Program-made: the position numbers and the translations under genes
Assembly: GCA_015056365.1 (NCBI GenBank)
Contig: SVGM01000016.1
Span: 3,826 to 67,825 of the forward strand
From: Clostridiales bacterium
GTDB taxonomy: Bacteria > Bacillota > Clostridia > Christensenellales > Aristaeellaceae
DNA length: 64,000 nt
Direction: 5' to 3'
The notes under the pieces: model-generated
Database searches by the model: none
What the model saw: the letters and a program-made list of their open reading frames with translations, nothing else
What the model was told of the DNA's origin: nothing
Shown here: positions 8,068 to 17,531 of the stretch, one piece after another
Layout: each line of letters begins with the position of its first letter
How positions within the stretch are numbered: the first letter of the stretch is position 1

Positions 8068-9546
8068 ATGGAACATACGGTTGAAAAACTGTCCGGTAAC
8101 AAAGTCAAAATTACTTTCACTGCCCCCGCCGCCGATTTCGAAGCAGCTGTGCAGACTGCTTACCTGAAGATGCGCGGTCAGATCAACGTGCCCGGTTTCC
8201 GCAAGGGCAAGGCTCCCCGCCGCCTGATCGAGAGCATGTTCGGCAGCGCTGTATTCTATGACGAAGCGCTGGAAGCGCTGTTCCCGGAAGCTTATATGGA
8301 AGCGGTTCGTGAGAACGATCTTAAGCCCGTCAGCCGTCCTGAAGTGGACGTCGAGACTATCGAAAAGGGCAAGGACGTTGTCTTCACCTGCGAAGTGTAC
8401 GTGATGCCTGAAGTGAAGCTGGGCGAGTATAAGGGTCTGGAGATCACCAAGCACATCCACCCCGTCACCGATGAGCAGATCGACGCCCGTCTGGAGCAGG
8501 AGCGCAAGCGCGTTGCCCGTAGCGTAGACGTGACCGATCGCGCGCTGGAGAACGGCGACAAGGCCGAGCTGGATTACAGTGGCAGCGTTGACGGCGTGAA
8601 GTTTGACGGCGGTACCGCCGAGCATCAGACCCTGGTGATCGGCTCCGGTAGCTTCATCCCCGGCTTCGAAGAGCAGATGGTCGGCATGCAGATCGGCGAA
8701 GAGCGCGACCTGAACGTCACCTTCCCCGAGAAGTACCATTCCGACGAGCTGGCCGGCAAGGACGCTGTCTTCCACGTGAAGCTGCACGCCATCACCAAGG
8801 AAGAACTGCCCGAGCTGGATGACGACTTCGCCTCCGAAGTGAGCGAGTTCGACACCCTGGCCGAGTTCCGTGCTGATATCGCCAAGAAGCTGCAGGAAAG
8901 CTCCGACGCTCACGCTGAGGAAGCTGCCAAGCAGAGCCTGGTGGACACCGTGGTGAACAACGCTGAGGTGGATGTCCCCGCTCCCATGGTAGACGAAAAG
9001 CTGGACGATATGATGCAGCAGATGAGCTGGCGTATGCAGCAGCAGGGCTTCACCATGGAGCAGTACCTGAGCATGCTGGGCCAGACCGAAGCTCAGATGC
9101 GCGATATGTACCGCAGCGAAGCCGAAGGCAACGTGAAGTCCGAGCTGGTGATCGATGAGATCATCAAGGTCGAAGGCATTGACGCCGATGACGAAGATGT
9201 GGACAAGCTGCTGACCGGCTATGCCGAGCCCATGGGCCAGACCCTGGAGCAGCTCAAGAGCTCCTTCAACGAAGGCCAGCTGGATTACTTCAAGCATCGT
9301 GCCCGTGTCACCAAGGCGCTGGACATGATCTGGGAGAACGCCAAGGTGACCGACGAAGTGTGCGATCATGATCACGATCATGAGGACGAAAAGCCCGCCA
9401 AGAAGCGCACCACCAAGAAGGCCAAGGCCGAAGAGACTGCGGTTGAAGAAACCACTACCGAAGCCGCTGCCGAGGAAGCCCCCGCCAAGCCCAAGAGAAC
9501 CCGCAAGAGCGCCAAGAAAGCCGAAGAAACCGGCGCTGAAGCGTAA
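8068..9546 (+). CDS. tig: Trigger factor with an extra ~60-aa His/Asp plus Lys/Glu/Ala-rich C-terminal tail
   Basis: N-terminal ribosome-binding motif (GFRKGKAP), an FKBP PPIase core (GSGSFIPGFEEQMVGM) and the usual C-terminal arm domain. The tail begins at CDHDHDHEDEK. Confidence 0.95.
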   Translation: MEHTVEKLSGNKVKITFTAPAADFEAAVQTAYLKMRGQINVPGFRKGKAPRRLIESMFGSAVFYDEALEALFPEAYMEAVRENDLKPVSRPEVDVETIEKGKDVVFTCEVYVMPEVKLGEYKGLEITKHIHPVTDEQIDARLEQERKRVARSVDVTDRALENGDKAELDYSGSVDGVKFDGGTAEHQTLVIGSGSFIPGFEEQMVGMQIGEERDLNVTFPEKYHSDELAGKDAVFHVKLHAITKEELPELDDDFASEVSEFDTLAEFRADIAKKLQESSDAHAEEAAKQSLVDTVVNNAEVDVPAPMVDEKLDDMMQQMSWRMQQQGFTMEQYLSMLGQTEAQMRDMYRSEAEGNVKSELVIDEIIKVEGIDADDEDVDKLLTGYAEPMGQTLEQLKSSFNEGQLDYFKHRARVTKALDMIWENAKVTDEVCDHDHDHEDEKPAKKRTTKKAKAEETAVEETTTEAAAEEAPAKPKRTRKSAKKAEETGAEA

Positions 9547-9562
9547 AACAGACGCATAAGTC

Positions 9563-9613
9563 GCGCACCGCATGCATATGCTCTTAGGGTATATCTTGCG
9601 GTGCGTCATTTTC
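9563..9613 (+). terminator. Hairpin plus short T-run between tig and clpP (probably a partial terminator)
   Basis: GCGCACCGCA (9563-9572) pairs with TGCGGTGCG (9597-9605), followed by TCATTTTCG. Confidence 0.45.
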
Positions 9614-9682
9614 GCTGTCGCAATGATGGAGCGTATCTCAGGAGCACTCCCCCACCGCCTGATTCTCAAAGGAGGGAATCCA

Positions 9683-10273
9683 ATGAATCTGATCCCAATG
9701 GTTATCGAGCAGACCAACCGCGGCGAGCGTTCGTTTGACATCTATTCTCGTCTGCTGAAGGATCGCATCGTCTTTTTGAGCGGCGAAATCAATGACGATA
9801 CCGCCAACCTGGTGGTTGCTCAGCTGCTGTTTCTGGAAATGGAAAACCCCGATGCGGACATTTCCCTGTACATCAACAGTCCCGGCGGCAGTGTGACTGC
9901 CGGCATGGCCATCTACGACACCATGAATTACATCAAGTGTAACGTGCGTACCGTGTGCATCGGTATGGCTGCCAGCATGGCTGCCTTCCTGCTGATGGCC
10001 GGCACCAAGGGCAAGCGCCTGGCTCTGCCTAACAGCGAAGTCATGATCCACCAACCTCTGGGCGGCGCAAGCGGTCAGGCCACTGATGTTGCCATTCGTG
10101 CTGAGTGGCTGATGAAAACCAAGAACAAGATGATCCATATGATGGCTGAAATGAGCGGTCAGTCCATGGACAAGATCAAGCAAGACGTAGAGCGCGACTA
10201 TTTCATGAGTGCCAATGAAGCGCTGAACTATGGCATCATCGATGAGATCTATCAGCCGCGCAATGCCAAGTAA
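9683..10273 (+). CDS. clpP: ATP-dependent Clp protease proteolytic subunit
   Basis: Start trimmed to [25 protein letters not shown], behind an AAGGAGGG SD. The catalytic Ser context ([11 protein letters not shown]) and His context (IHQPLGG) are present. Confidence 0.96.
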   Translation: MNLIPMVIEQTNRGERSFDIYSRLLKDRIVFLSGEINDDTANLVVAQLLFLEMENPDADISLYINSPGGSVTAGMAIYDTMNYIKCNVRTVCIGMAASMAAFLLMAGTKGKRLALPNSEVMIHQPLGGASGQATDVAIRAEWLMKTKNKMIHMMAEMSGQSMDKIKQDVERDYFMSANEALNYGIIDEIYQPRNAK

Positions 10274-10294
10274 TACATAAAGCGAGGTAACACC

Positions 10295-11623
<1,329 letters not shown>

Positions 11624-11686
11624 CACCAATTCCCCCGGATGATTTTTGCGAATCGGCCGGGGCTTTTGTTTTCTGACCGAATACAC

Positions 11687-11724
11687 AACGAACGCCACTG
11701 GATTTTCGTCCAGTGGCGTTCGTT
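11687..11724. terminator. Bidirectional terminator between the convergent clpX and araD genes
   Basis: A perfect 16-bp stem (AACGAACGCCACTGGA pairs with TCCAGTGGCGTTCGTT) with a 6-nt loop. Confidence 0.75.
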
Positions 11725-11747
11725 GCATTCCAGCCTGTTGGGCTGCA

Positions 11748-12446
11748 TTATTTCTTCTGCCCGTAGTAAGCGTTGGGCCCGTGCTTGCGCAGGAAGTGCT
11801 TATCCTGCACATGCTGAGGCGCGGCTTCTACCTGACCGTTGATCTGGCAGGTGTACATGGCCATCTTAGCCACTTCTTCCAGCACCACGGCGTGATACAC
11901 AGCCTGGGCTGCATTTTTGCCCCAGGTGAAGGGGCCGTGATTGCGGCAGATAACAGCAGGAACATGAACAGGATTCAACTTACGCTCGGAGAAGGTCTCG
12001 ATGATGACCTTGCCGGTGTTGCGCTCGTAATCCTCGTCCACTTCAGTGGGGGTCAGGCTGCGGGCACAGGGAATGGGACCATAGAAATAGTCCGCATGAG
12101 TGGTGCCATAGCAGGGAATATCGCGTCCAGCCTGCGCCCAGGCCACCGCATGGGGGCTGTGGGTGTGCACCACACCGCCCAGTTCGGGGAAGGCCTTGTA
12201 CAGCTCAATGTGGGTCTTGGTGTCGGAGGAAGGATTCAGATCGCCTTCCACCACTTCGCCGTCAAGGTTCAATACCACCAGATCCTCAGGCTTCAGGTCT
12301 TCATACTCCACGCCGGAGGGTTTGATGACCACCAGACCGCTTTCACGGTCGATTCCGGATACATTGCCCCAGGTATAGGTGACCAGACCCCGACGGGGCA
12401 GTTCCATATTGGCCTCATAAACGGCCTTTTTCAGTTGCTCCAACAT
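11748..12446 (-). CDS. araD: L-ribulose-5-phosphate 4-epimerase (class II aldolase fold)
   Basis: 232 aa. Motifs include [17 protein letters not shown] and the [11 protein letters not shown] metal-binding block. AGGAGG SD. Confidence 0.85.
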   Translation of the reverse strand: MLEQLKKAVYEANMELPRRGLVTYTWGNVSGIDRESGLVVIKPSGVEYEDLKPEDLVVLNLDGEVVEGDLNPSSDTKTHIELYKAFPELGGVVHTHSPHAVAWAQAGRDIPCYGTTHADYFYGPIPCARSLTPTEVDEDYERNTGKVIIETFSERKLNPVHVPAVICRNHGPFTWGKNAAQAVYHAVVLEEVAKMAMYTCQINGQVEAAPQHVQDKHFLRKHGPNAYYGQKK

Positions 12447-12476
12447 ATGTCAATCCTCCTGATCACATGGACAAGT

Positions 12477-14075
12477 TCAGCGCATGGACTTGGTGGCGGC
12501 GCGCTCAGCGTCCAAACCAGCCACAAACAGCTTGGTGTAGGCGTTGAAGCCTTCTGCGTCTGCGGCGTCAGGCTCAGCCTTGGTGCCCTTATTGTCGCCG
12601 AATACCTTCTCGCTCAGGTAGGCTTCCAGGGTCTCACCTTCCTTGCGGTTGACGCGATAGGCAGCCAGCAATGCCATACCCCAGGGGCCGCCTTCGCCGG
12701 CAGTTTCCATAACAGAAACGGGGGTACCCAGGGCAGCAGCCATCAGCTTCTGACCCACGCCAGGGGTCTTGAAGAAGCCGCCGTGACCCAGTAGGGAATC
12801 AATCTTCACCTGTTCGCCGGCCAGAATATCCATGCCCAGCTTCAGAGAGACGATCGCGCCGTACACCAGGGAACGGGCAAAATTGGCGAAGGTCAGCTTG
12901 GAATCAGGCATACGTACCATCATGGGACGACCTTCATCCAGACCGGTGACCGGCTCACCGGAGAAGTAGTTGTAGTTGATCACGCCGTCACAATCCTTGT
13001 CGCCTTCCATGGCGGCGTTGAACAGGGTGACAAACACCTTGCCCATATCCACTTCCTGACCGGCGGCAGCGGCAAAGCCGTGAAGCATACCGGCCCAGGC
13101 ATTGATATCGCTGGTACAGTTATTGCAGTGCACCATGGCCACGGGCTTGCCGGTGGGAGTGGTGACCATGTCGATCTCGGGATACACTTTGCTCAGTGCC
13201 TTTTCCAGAACGATCATGGCGAAAACAGACGTACCGGCAGATACGTTACCGGTGCGAACAGCCACGCTGTTGGTGGCGACCATGCCGGTGCCTGCGTCGC
13301 CTTCAGGCGGGCAAACCAGTGCGCCAGACTTGAGCGTGCCGGTGGGATCCAGCAGCTTAGCGCCCTTCTCGGTGAGGATGCCGGCATCATCGCCAGCGTT
13401 CAGCACAGAAGGCAGGATGTCCTTAAGCGTCCAGCCAAAACCCTTGGGCGCGATGCGCTGGTCAAACTTGGCGATCATCTGCTCGTTGAAGTCGCAAGTC
13501 GCGTCATCAATGGGGAACATACCGGAAGCTTCGCCAACGCCCAGCACCTTCTGACCGGTGAGTTGCCAGTGGATATAGCCGGCCAGGGTGGTCAGATGAG
13601 CGATCTGCGCCACATGCTCTTCGCCGTTGAGGATGGCCTGATCCAGATGGGCGATGCTCCAGCGCTGAGGAATATTGAAGCCAAACAGCTCCGTCAGTTC
13701 TGCAGCAGCACGTTCAGTCATGGTGTTGCGCCAGGTACGGAACTGTGCCAGCTGCTCGTCGTTCTTGTCAAAGGCCAGATAGCCGTGCATCATGGCAGAA
13801 ACGCCGATACCGGCCAGGCTTTCCAGGGCGACGCCGTACTGCACCTTCACATCCTGCACCAGAGATGCGTAGGCGTCCTGAATGCCGGTCCAGACATCCT
13901 CGAGATGATAGGTCCAGATACCATCTTCCAGTCGGTTTTCCCAGTCATGGGCGCCCATGGCGATAGGGGCATGATCCTCGCCGATGAGCACGGCCTTGAT
14001 ACGTGTGGAACCAAGCTCCATACCCAAAACTGCTTTGCCTTCGCTGATCAACGTTGCCAATTGCTGCTTATCCAT
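12477..14075 (-). CDS. FGGY-family carbohydrate kinase (ribulokinase/xylulokinase-like)
   Basis: 532 aa. N-terminal LGMELGSTRIKAVL phosphate-1 motif and FGGY C-terminal domain. It sits immediately upstream of araD. Confidence 0.8.
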   Translation of the reverse strand: MDKQQLATLISEGKAVLGMELGSTRIKAVLIGEDHAPIAMGAHDWENRLEDGIWTYHLEDVWTGIQDAYASLVQDVKVQYGVALESLAGIGVSAMMHGYLAFDKNDEQLAQFRTWRNTMTERAAAELTELFGFNIPQRWSIAHLDQAILNGEEHVAQIAHLTTLAGYIHWQLTGQKVLGVGEASGMFPIDDATCDFNEQMIAKFDQRIAPKGFGWTLKDILPSVLNAGDDAGILTEKGAKLLDPTGTLKSGALVCPPEGDAGTGMVATNSVAVRTGNVSAGTSVFAMIVLEKALSKVYPEIDMVTTPTGKPVAMVHCNNCTSDINAWAGMLHGFAAAAGQEVDMGKVFVTLFNAAMEGDKDCDGVINYNYFSGEPVTGLDEGRPMMVRMPDSKLTFANFARSLVYGAIVSLKLGMDILAGEQVKIDSLLGHGGFFKTPGVGQKLMAAALGTPVSVMETAGEGGPWGMALLAAYRVNRKEGETLEAYLSEKVFGDNKGTKAEPDAADAEGFNAYTKLFVAGLDAERAATKSMR

Positions 14076-14221
14076 TGTATCTTCTCCTTTCGGTTTGTCA
14101 CCGATGAAAACGCGCCAAATCCAGGCGTTCTGTTCCAGTCACCCTTTTTTCTTTGGCTTATGCGCTCCGTTTCTCTTTCCAAAGAGTACCATAGAAACGC
14201 CTGTATTTCAAGCCCCTGGCA

Positions 14222-14255
14222 TACAAAAACCCGGATGAACAAAGTCATCCGGGTT
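14222..14255 (-). terminator. Intrinsic terminator downstream of rpsR
   Basis: Stem AACCCGGATGA (14228-14238) pairs with TCATCCGGGTT (14245-14255). A T-run follows on the minus strand (14224-14227). Confidence 0.75.
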
Positions 14256-14274
14256 GAAAGGTCAAACGTTACGC

Positions 14275-14532
14275 TTACTCTACGGAGTAGGGCATCAAGG
14301 CGATGGCACGGGCGCGCTTGATGGCTTCAGAGAGCTGGCGCTGATGCTTGGCGCAATTGCCGCTCATACGACGGGGCATGATCTTGCCGCGCTCGTTTAC
14401 AAAGCGACGAAGACGATTCACATCTTTATAATCGATGTACTCGATCTTGTCCACGCAGAAGCTGCACACCTTGCGGCGGGGCTTGCGTCCACGGGGACGA
14501 GGCGGTCTTCTTTCACCACGATCCTCAGACAT
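14275..14532 (-). CDS. rpsR: 30S ribosomal protein S18
   Basis: Typical S18 sequence: [33 protein letters not shown]. Confidence 0.97.
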   Translation of the reverse strand: MSEDRGERRPPRPRGRKPRRKVCSFCVDKIEYIDYKDVNRLRRFVNERGKIMPRRMSGNCAKHQRQLSEAIKRARAIALMPYSVE

Positions 14533-14589
14533 GGTCTGTACCTCCTTTAGGCATTCATTCCGGTAAGCGGCTGCTGGAGCCGCATTTGA

Positions 14590-15018
14590 TTAAAAGGGCA
14601 GGTCCTCGTCGTCCACTTCCTGGAAGCCGGTATCCATAGCAGGAGCGGCAGCACGGGGTGCAGCAGGAGCAGCGGGGGCAAAGCCAGCGTTGTCATCCGC
14701 ACGGGAAGAGAGGAACTCAACATCTTCTGCCATCACGTCCAGGCTGGCACGGGTGGTGCCATCGTTGGCCTGATAGGTGCTGACCGATACACGGCCAACA
14801 ACCGCAACCTTGCGGCCTTTGGCAAGGTATCTCTGGCAGTTTTCGCCCAGCTGATTCCACGCGGAAACGCGGAAGAAATCGGCCTCGGGCTGATTGCTGT
14901 TCTGCGAAGAGCGACGACGGTTCACCGCAACGCTGAAGGAGCAGACGGTGCTGCCACTGGCAGTGGTGCGGGATTCGGGGTCGCGGGTAAGGTTACCGAT
15001 GATGGTCAATTTATTCAT
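14590..15018 (-). CDS. ssb: Single-stranded DNA-binding protein
   Basis: OB-fold N-terminus (MNKLTIIGNLTRDPE) and an acidic C-terminal tip (DDEDLPF). Confidence 0.96.
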   Translation of the reverse strand: MNKLTIIGNLTRDPESRTTASGSTVCSFSVAVNRRRSSQNSNQPEADFFRVSAWNQLGENCQRYLAKGRKVAVVGRVSVSTYQANDGTTRASLDVMAEDVEFLSSRADDNAGFAPAAPAAPRAAAPAMDTGFQEVDDEDLPF

Positions 15019-15033
15019 TGCTCACACCAATCC

Positions 15034-15438
15034 TTACTCAGCAGCGGGGGTTTCGACAGCTTCCTCAGCGGGAGCAGCCTCGACTTCAGCAGCGGGAGCA
15101 ACAGGAGCGGCCACGCGCACGGGGCGGGGCTTCACGCTGTGCTTCTTCTCCTCCAGCTTGATGATCAGATAGCGCAGAATGTTCTCGTTGATTTCGAGAT
15201 TACGCTCGATCTCGCGGGGCAGATCGCTGGGAGCCTTCATGGTTACCAGAACGTAGTAGCCTTCGGGCTTGTCGTTGATGGGGTAGGCCAGGCGGCGCTT
15301 GCCCCAAAAAGACTCGTCTACCTTCTCGATTTCACCGCCGTTCTGCTTGATCAGCTCGGAGAACTTTTCGATCAGTTCCTTACGGGCGTTCTCTTCAACT
15401 GCGGTGTCGATGATGTAGGTCAGTTCATACCTATTCAT
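15034..15438 (-). CDS. rpsF: 30S ribosomal protein S6 with a ~39-aa Ala/Pro/Glu-rich C-terminal extension
   Basis: S6 core (MNRYELTYIID...WGKRRLAYPI). The rpsF-ssb-rpsR order is conserved. Confidence 0.96.
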   Translation of the reverse strand: MNRYELTYIIDTAVEENARKELIEKFSELIKQNGGEIEKVDESFWGKRRLAYPINDKPEGYYVLVTMKAPSDLPREIERNLEINENILRYLIIKLEEKKHSVKPRPVRVAAPVAPAAEVEAAPAEEAVETPAAE

Positions 15439-15506
15439 TACCTTTCACCTCCTCTTGGACTTATGGCGCCGATGCGCGGACCGGCGCAAGGATGTGCCAA
15501 TTAGAT

Positions 15507-15535
15507 ATTATAATGGCACCAACAGAAAATAGCAA
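15507..15535 (-). promoter_or_regulatory. Sigma-A-type promoter for rpsF-ssb-rpsR (TTGCTA-17-TATAAT)
   Basis: On the minus strand, TTGCTA lies at 15530-15535 and TATAAT at 15507-15512. This leaves a ~60-nt leader that contains a GCGCCG/CGGCGC hairpin. Confidence 0.5.
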
Positions 15536-15818
15536 GTACTTTTTCACTTTTTGGCAAGAAGAATTTTGACAAAATGACGAGAAGTTTTTTGAACTTAATC
15601 TAACGTGCCTAAAGCAGCTGCCGCATGGTGTGATTGCATTCTCGCGCCGGCTGTGCTATAACAAAACAAGAGGTGCCGCCAAGGGAAGTCACCCCTATCC
15701 AAACGATATTCCCGTCAAAAAAGAAAGCTTCGGTGGCCTGCAAACTTGTTGGGTAAATGGCTGAACGAATACGATTGAGGTACATCCTACGAAATACGAC
15801 CAAAAGAGATGATGACTT

Positions 15819-17531
15819 ATGCGAACCATTGCCAGATACATCAAGCCCTTCTTCGGGCGCATCAGCGTGCAGATGCTGATCAAAATTGCCGGCACAGTTA
15901 TCGAGCTGTTTCTGCCCGCCATGCTCTCCGTAATCATCGATGATTATGCCAAACAGCCCGGCGGAGAAAAAGGCGTGTGGCTGATGGGCGGCGCCATGGT
16001 GCTGTTTGCCTTTTTGGCATGGCTTGGCAACTGTATTGCCAATCGAATGTCCACCAACGTCACCAGAGAGATTACGCGAAACCTGCGCCGGGATCTGTTC
16101 CACCGCATCACCGCCCTGTCCGCTGCGCAGCAGGATCGCCTGACCGACGCTTCCCTTATTTCCCGACTGACCAGCGACACCTATAACGTACACAACATGA
16201 TCGACCGGATGCAGCGGCTGGGCGTACGTGCGCCCATGCTGCTGATCGGCGGCATTATCGTCAGTCTGGTGATGGAGCCGGTGCTCACGCTGGTGCTGAT
16301 CGCTACCCTACCCCTGCTTGCGGTCACCGTGATCTGGTCATCCAAGACGGGCGTTCCGCTTTTTACGTGGGTGCAGGAAGGACAGGACAAAATGGTACGC
16401 AAGGTGCAGGAAAACATGGCGGGTGCTCGGGTGATCCGCGCCCTTTCCCGTACCGGATGGGAACAAGACGCCTTTGGCGAAGTGAACAGCGAGCTGGCTG
16501 CCCGGCAGCGCAAAGCCGACCTGACAATGGCGAAAGTGAGCCCCATCACCAGCTTTATCCTCAACGCCAGCCTGGCGTTCGTGGTACTGGTTGGTGCATA
16601 CAGGGTACATATGGGCGTAATCGGCCCTGGCAAGATTATTTCTTTCCTGTCCTTTGTGACCATCATTCTCAATGCACTGCTGATGGTAACCCGTATTTTT
16701 GTGATGTATTCCAAGGGCAGTGCCAGCGCCAAGCGCATTGAAGAAGTGCTGCTGCAAACGGAAGACCTGCAAAGAGATGAACTGGCGGCAGCCGAAGAGA
16801 AAAATCATATCGTATTTAACCACGTTTCCTTCTCCTACAATAAAAAGTACAACAACGTCTCCGACCTGTCCTTTGCCGTGGGGCACGGACAAACGCTGGG
16901 CGTGATCGGCCCTACCGGCAGCGGCAAATCTACTTTGCTGTCTCTGTTGATGCGCCAGTACGATGTGGATGAAGGCGAGATTTACCTCAGCGGTAAGCCG
17001 ATCCGTTCTCTGACGAAAGAGGAACTGCACAGCAGGCTTGGCGTGGTTTTCCAGTACGATTTTCTTATGGCGGATACCATCCGGGAAAACATCCGCTTTG
17101 GTCGAGAAATCGAAGAATCAGCCATGCTGGATGCAGTGGACTGTGCGCAGGCAGCCTTTATCCACGAAAAAGAGGGTGGCATGGAGTTTCCCCTGAACGT
17201 AAAGGGGCGCAACCTATCCGGCGGTCAGCAGCAACGTGTGCTGATCGCGCGAGCGCTGGCAGGCGACCTCAGAATCCTGCTGCTGGACGACTGTTCCTCT
17301 GCCCTTGACTTCCGAACCGACCGGGAACTGCGCCATGCCCTGCGGGAACGGCATGGACTGGCTACCACCGTGATCGTGGCGCAGCGTGTTTCAGCCGTAA
17401 TGGCGGCCGATCTCATTCTGGTGATGGACAAGGGCCGCATCATTGGAAAGGGCACCCACGAGGAACTGATGGACACATGCCCCATGTACCGGGAGCTGTG
17501 CCAGCTGCAGTTGGGAGGTGAAGCCGTATGA
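15819..17531 (+). CDS. ABC exporter, fused permease/ATPase (half transporter 1)
   Basis: Six-TM N-terminal domain, Walker A (GPTGSGKST), signature (LSGGQQQR) and Walker B (ILLLDD). Confidence 0.92.
   Translation: MRTIARYIKPFFGRISVQMLIKIAGTVIELFLPAMLSVIIDDYAKQPGGEKGVWLMGGAMVLFAFLAWLGNCIANRMSTNVTREITRNLRRDLFHRITALSAAQQDRLTDASLISRLTSDTYNVHNMIDRMQRLGVRAPMLLIGGIIVSLVMEPVLTLVLIATLPLLAVTVIWSSKTGVPLFTWVQEGQDKMVRKVQENMAGARVIRALSRTGWEQDAFGEVNSELAARQRKADLTMAKVSPITSFILNASLAFVVLVGAYRVHMGVIGPGKIISFLSFVTIILNALLMVTRIFVMYSKGSASAKRIEEVLLQTEDLQRDELAAAEEKNHIVFNHVSFSYNKKYNNVSDLSFAVGHGQTLGVIGPTGSGKSTLLSLLMRQYDVDEGEIYLSGKPIRSLTKEELHSRLGVVFQYDFLMADTIRENIRFGREIEESAMLDAVDCAQAAFIHEKEGGMEFPLNVKGRNLSGGQQQRVLIARALAGDLRILLLDDCSSALDFRTDRELRHALRERHGLATTVIVAQRVSAVMAADLILVMDKGRIIGKGTHEELMDTCPMYRELCQLQLGGEAV

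Noticed and set aside
9547-9682. CtsR operator (tandem GGTCAAA heptads) upstream of clpP.
   Set aside because: No GGTCAAA-type direct repeat is present. The region contains only a hairpin with a short T-run.
15034-15153. The tandem RimK-type ligases (62021..63762) might glutamylate the extended S6 C-terminus, as E. coli RimK does.
   Set aside because: The idea is attractive because S6 here ends in Glu. However, the genes are 47 kb apart, the S6 tail lacks the terminal Glu-Glu, and nothing in the sequence links them. I keep it only as one acceptor to test.
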